A stretch of 64,000 bases of DNA, from NCBI GenBank assembly GCA_044892525.1, contig CM097885.1, positions 234,982,001-235,046,000 on the forward strand, given 5' to 3'. Made by a program: the position numbers and the translations under genes. Position 1 is the stretch's first letter; each line of letters opens with the position of its first letter. Under the pieces are notes generated by a model. It did not search any database, was not told the DNA's origin, and was given only the letters and a program-made list of their open reading frames with translations. Source of the stretch: Schmidtea polychroa (lineage: Eukaryota). Positions 62,869 to 64,000 of the stretch are shown one piece after another.

Positions 62869-63389
62869 ATGTCTCAATTTATGGAAAATCTTTTAAGAGA
62901 ACTCGTCAACAGGAATATTATGGAAAGCCTATGTTTCCTGGTCGATCGGACCGAAAAGATTATAGAAGGTAATCACATTGATTATGACGATGTGATCAAT
63001 TCTGATTGTCTCGAAACCAAAAAATTCTATTTTAATAGAATTTTTAACTGTCTATGCGACGATCAGATGAAGTGGACCCGAATACTAGTAGGGTTCGCTT
63101 ATATGAAAATAATAATCCAAAGAAGTCTATGGGACTCAGAGCACTATTATCAGTGGTCTCAAGAAGTAATACTTTTATAATTTATATTTTATTAATATTT
63201 ATTTTCTAGATAATCAAGTCAAAGTTTCAACCATGGATTGAAGCCAATGGCGGATGGGGAGTACTCAATCAACTCGCCAGAAATGCAAAAGAAATAGACG
63301 ATCAGAAAAGAAAATTTAAAAACTATGTAAAACTTGCAACAGGTGTTGCTATTTTGTATATTTTAACCAGATTTTTAAATAAAAATTAA
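62869..63389 (+). CDS. Bcl-2 family protein, 158 aa (exons 62869-63165, 63210-63389)
   Basis: BH1-like FNRIFNCLCDDQMKWTRILVGFAY; 44-nt GT..TTTTCTAG intron; BH2 PWIEANGGW; tail anchor LATGVAILYIL. Confidence 0.8.
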
Positions 63390-63472
63390 TATAGTTATTT
63401 TTGTTTGATTTTTAAATAAATTTTTAAATAACATTTTAAATAAATTTACAAACACTAATTAACTAAGATTTA

Positions 63473-63840
63473 TTAATTAACACATTCGCAGTCGTCATCT
63501 CCACATTTCATTATATTTTCAACGACATGATCAATACAATCATTCATAATATTATCTTTAGATTCATCTTTAGGTTCCTCTATAGGTTCCTCTATAGGTT
63601 CATAGATTTCCTCTTGAGTTTCTTCCTCATCAATTTCTTGAGTTTCTTCCTCATCATCAAATCCTGTATCTTGACTCTCAACTAACCAGCCGATATTTAA
63701 GGCATTTGTAATAGATAATATATCCTCCATTTTCACACCAGATATTTCTGCTAACTTTTCCAACAAAAAGTTGATTAAAAATTCTAAATAATAAATAATT
63801 CGGTAATTAATTAATCATGTTAACCTTTTTCTACAGTCAT
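63473..63840 (-). CDS. Acidic small protein with probable 41-nt intron (63784-63824)
   Basis: MTVEK joins EFLINFLLEKLAEISG in frame; EEETQE and EEPI repeats. Confidence 0.5.
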
Positions 63841-64000
63841 TTTCATCACTTTAAAACTAAATTATAAGTTTGTTTATAGATTTTCTTTGTTAAATTTGCA
63901 TGTCATTTGCATTTATGTTGCAATTAATAAAGAGAAAAAAACAAATCTGACTAATACATTTATTAAATATAACATTAAAATATTTGTGAAAGTCTAGCAG

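Overview
AT-rich eukaryotic DNA made almost entirely of nested mobile elements. The many (TAA)n arrays and 41-51 nt introns suggest an invertebrate, possibly a flatworm (inference). (1) 1-~19.5 kb is the 3' part of a giant Ty3/Gypsy LTR retroelement. One 5'-open polyprotein reads: class III (chuvirus-G/herpes-gB-like) envelope C-half + TM, protease, RT, RNase H, integrase, ankyrin repeats, then a second type I membrane protein. Six intact co-oriented accessory genes follow: a TRAF, an IAP (BIR-BIR-RING), three coiled-coil proteins, and a TNFR-like single-CRD receptor with a TRAF-binding motif. Each has an AG just before its ATG and a TGTA(A/G)ATA motif in the preceding spacer. Two basic ORFs (one with an AT-hook) lie in the probable long LTR. 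This looks like a complex, enveloped retrovirus-like element carrying its own TNFR-TRAF-IAP-ankyrin signalling kit. (2) Two copies of a Polinton/Maverick-like family: a decayed one (34.2-53.2 kb; capsid, adenain protease, pPolB, AGTAG terminus) and the left end of another (61.4 kb to window end). The second carries an intron-split Bcl-2 homolog missed by the ORF track and an AP-1/NR5A-site array in its TIR. (3) Three hAT transposons with TIRs and 8-bp TSDs, a small decayed Gypsy element, two solo LTRs, several MITEs, Penelope-like fragments with minimal hammerhead ribozymes, and three copies of a ~1 kb unit encoding a spliced 158-aa possible beta-trefoil protein. All family assignments come from motif recognition by eye; no searches were run.
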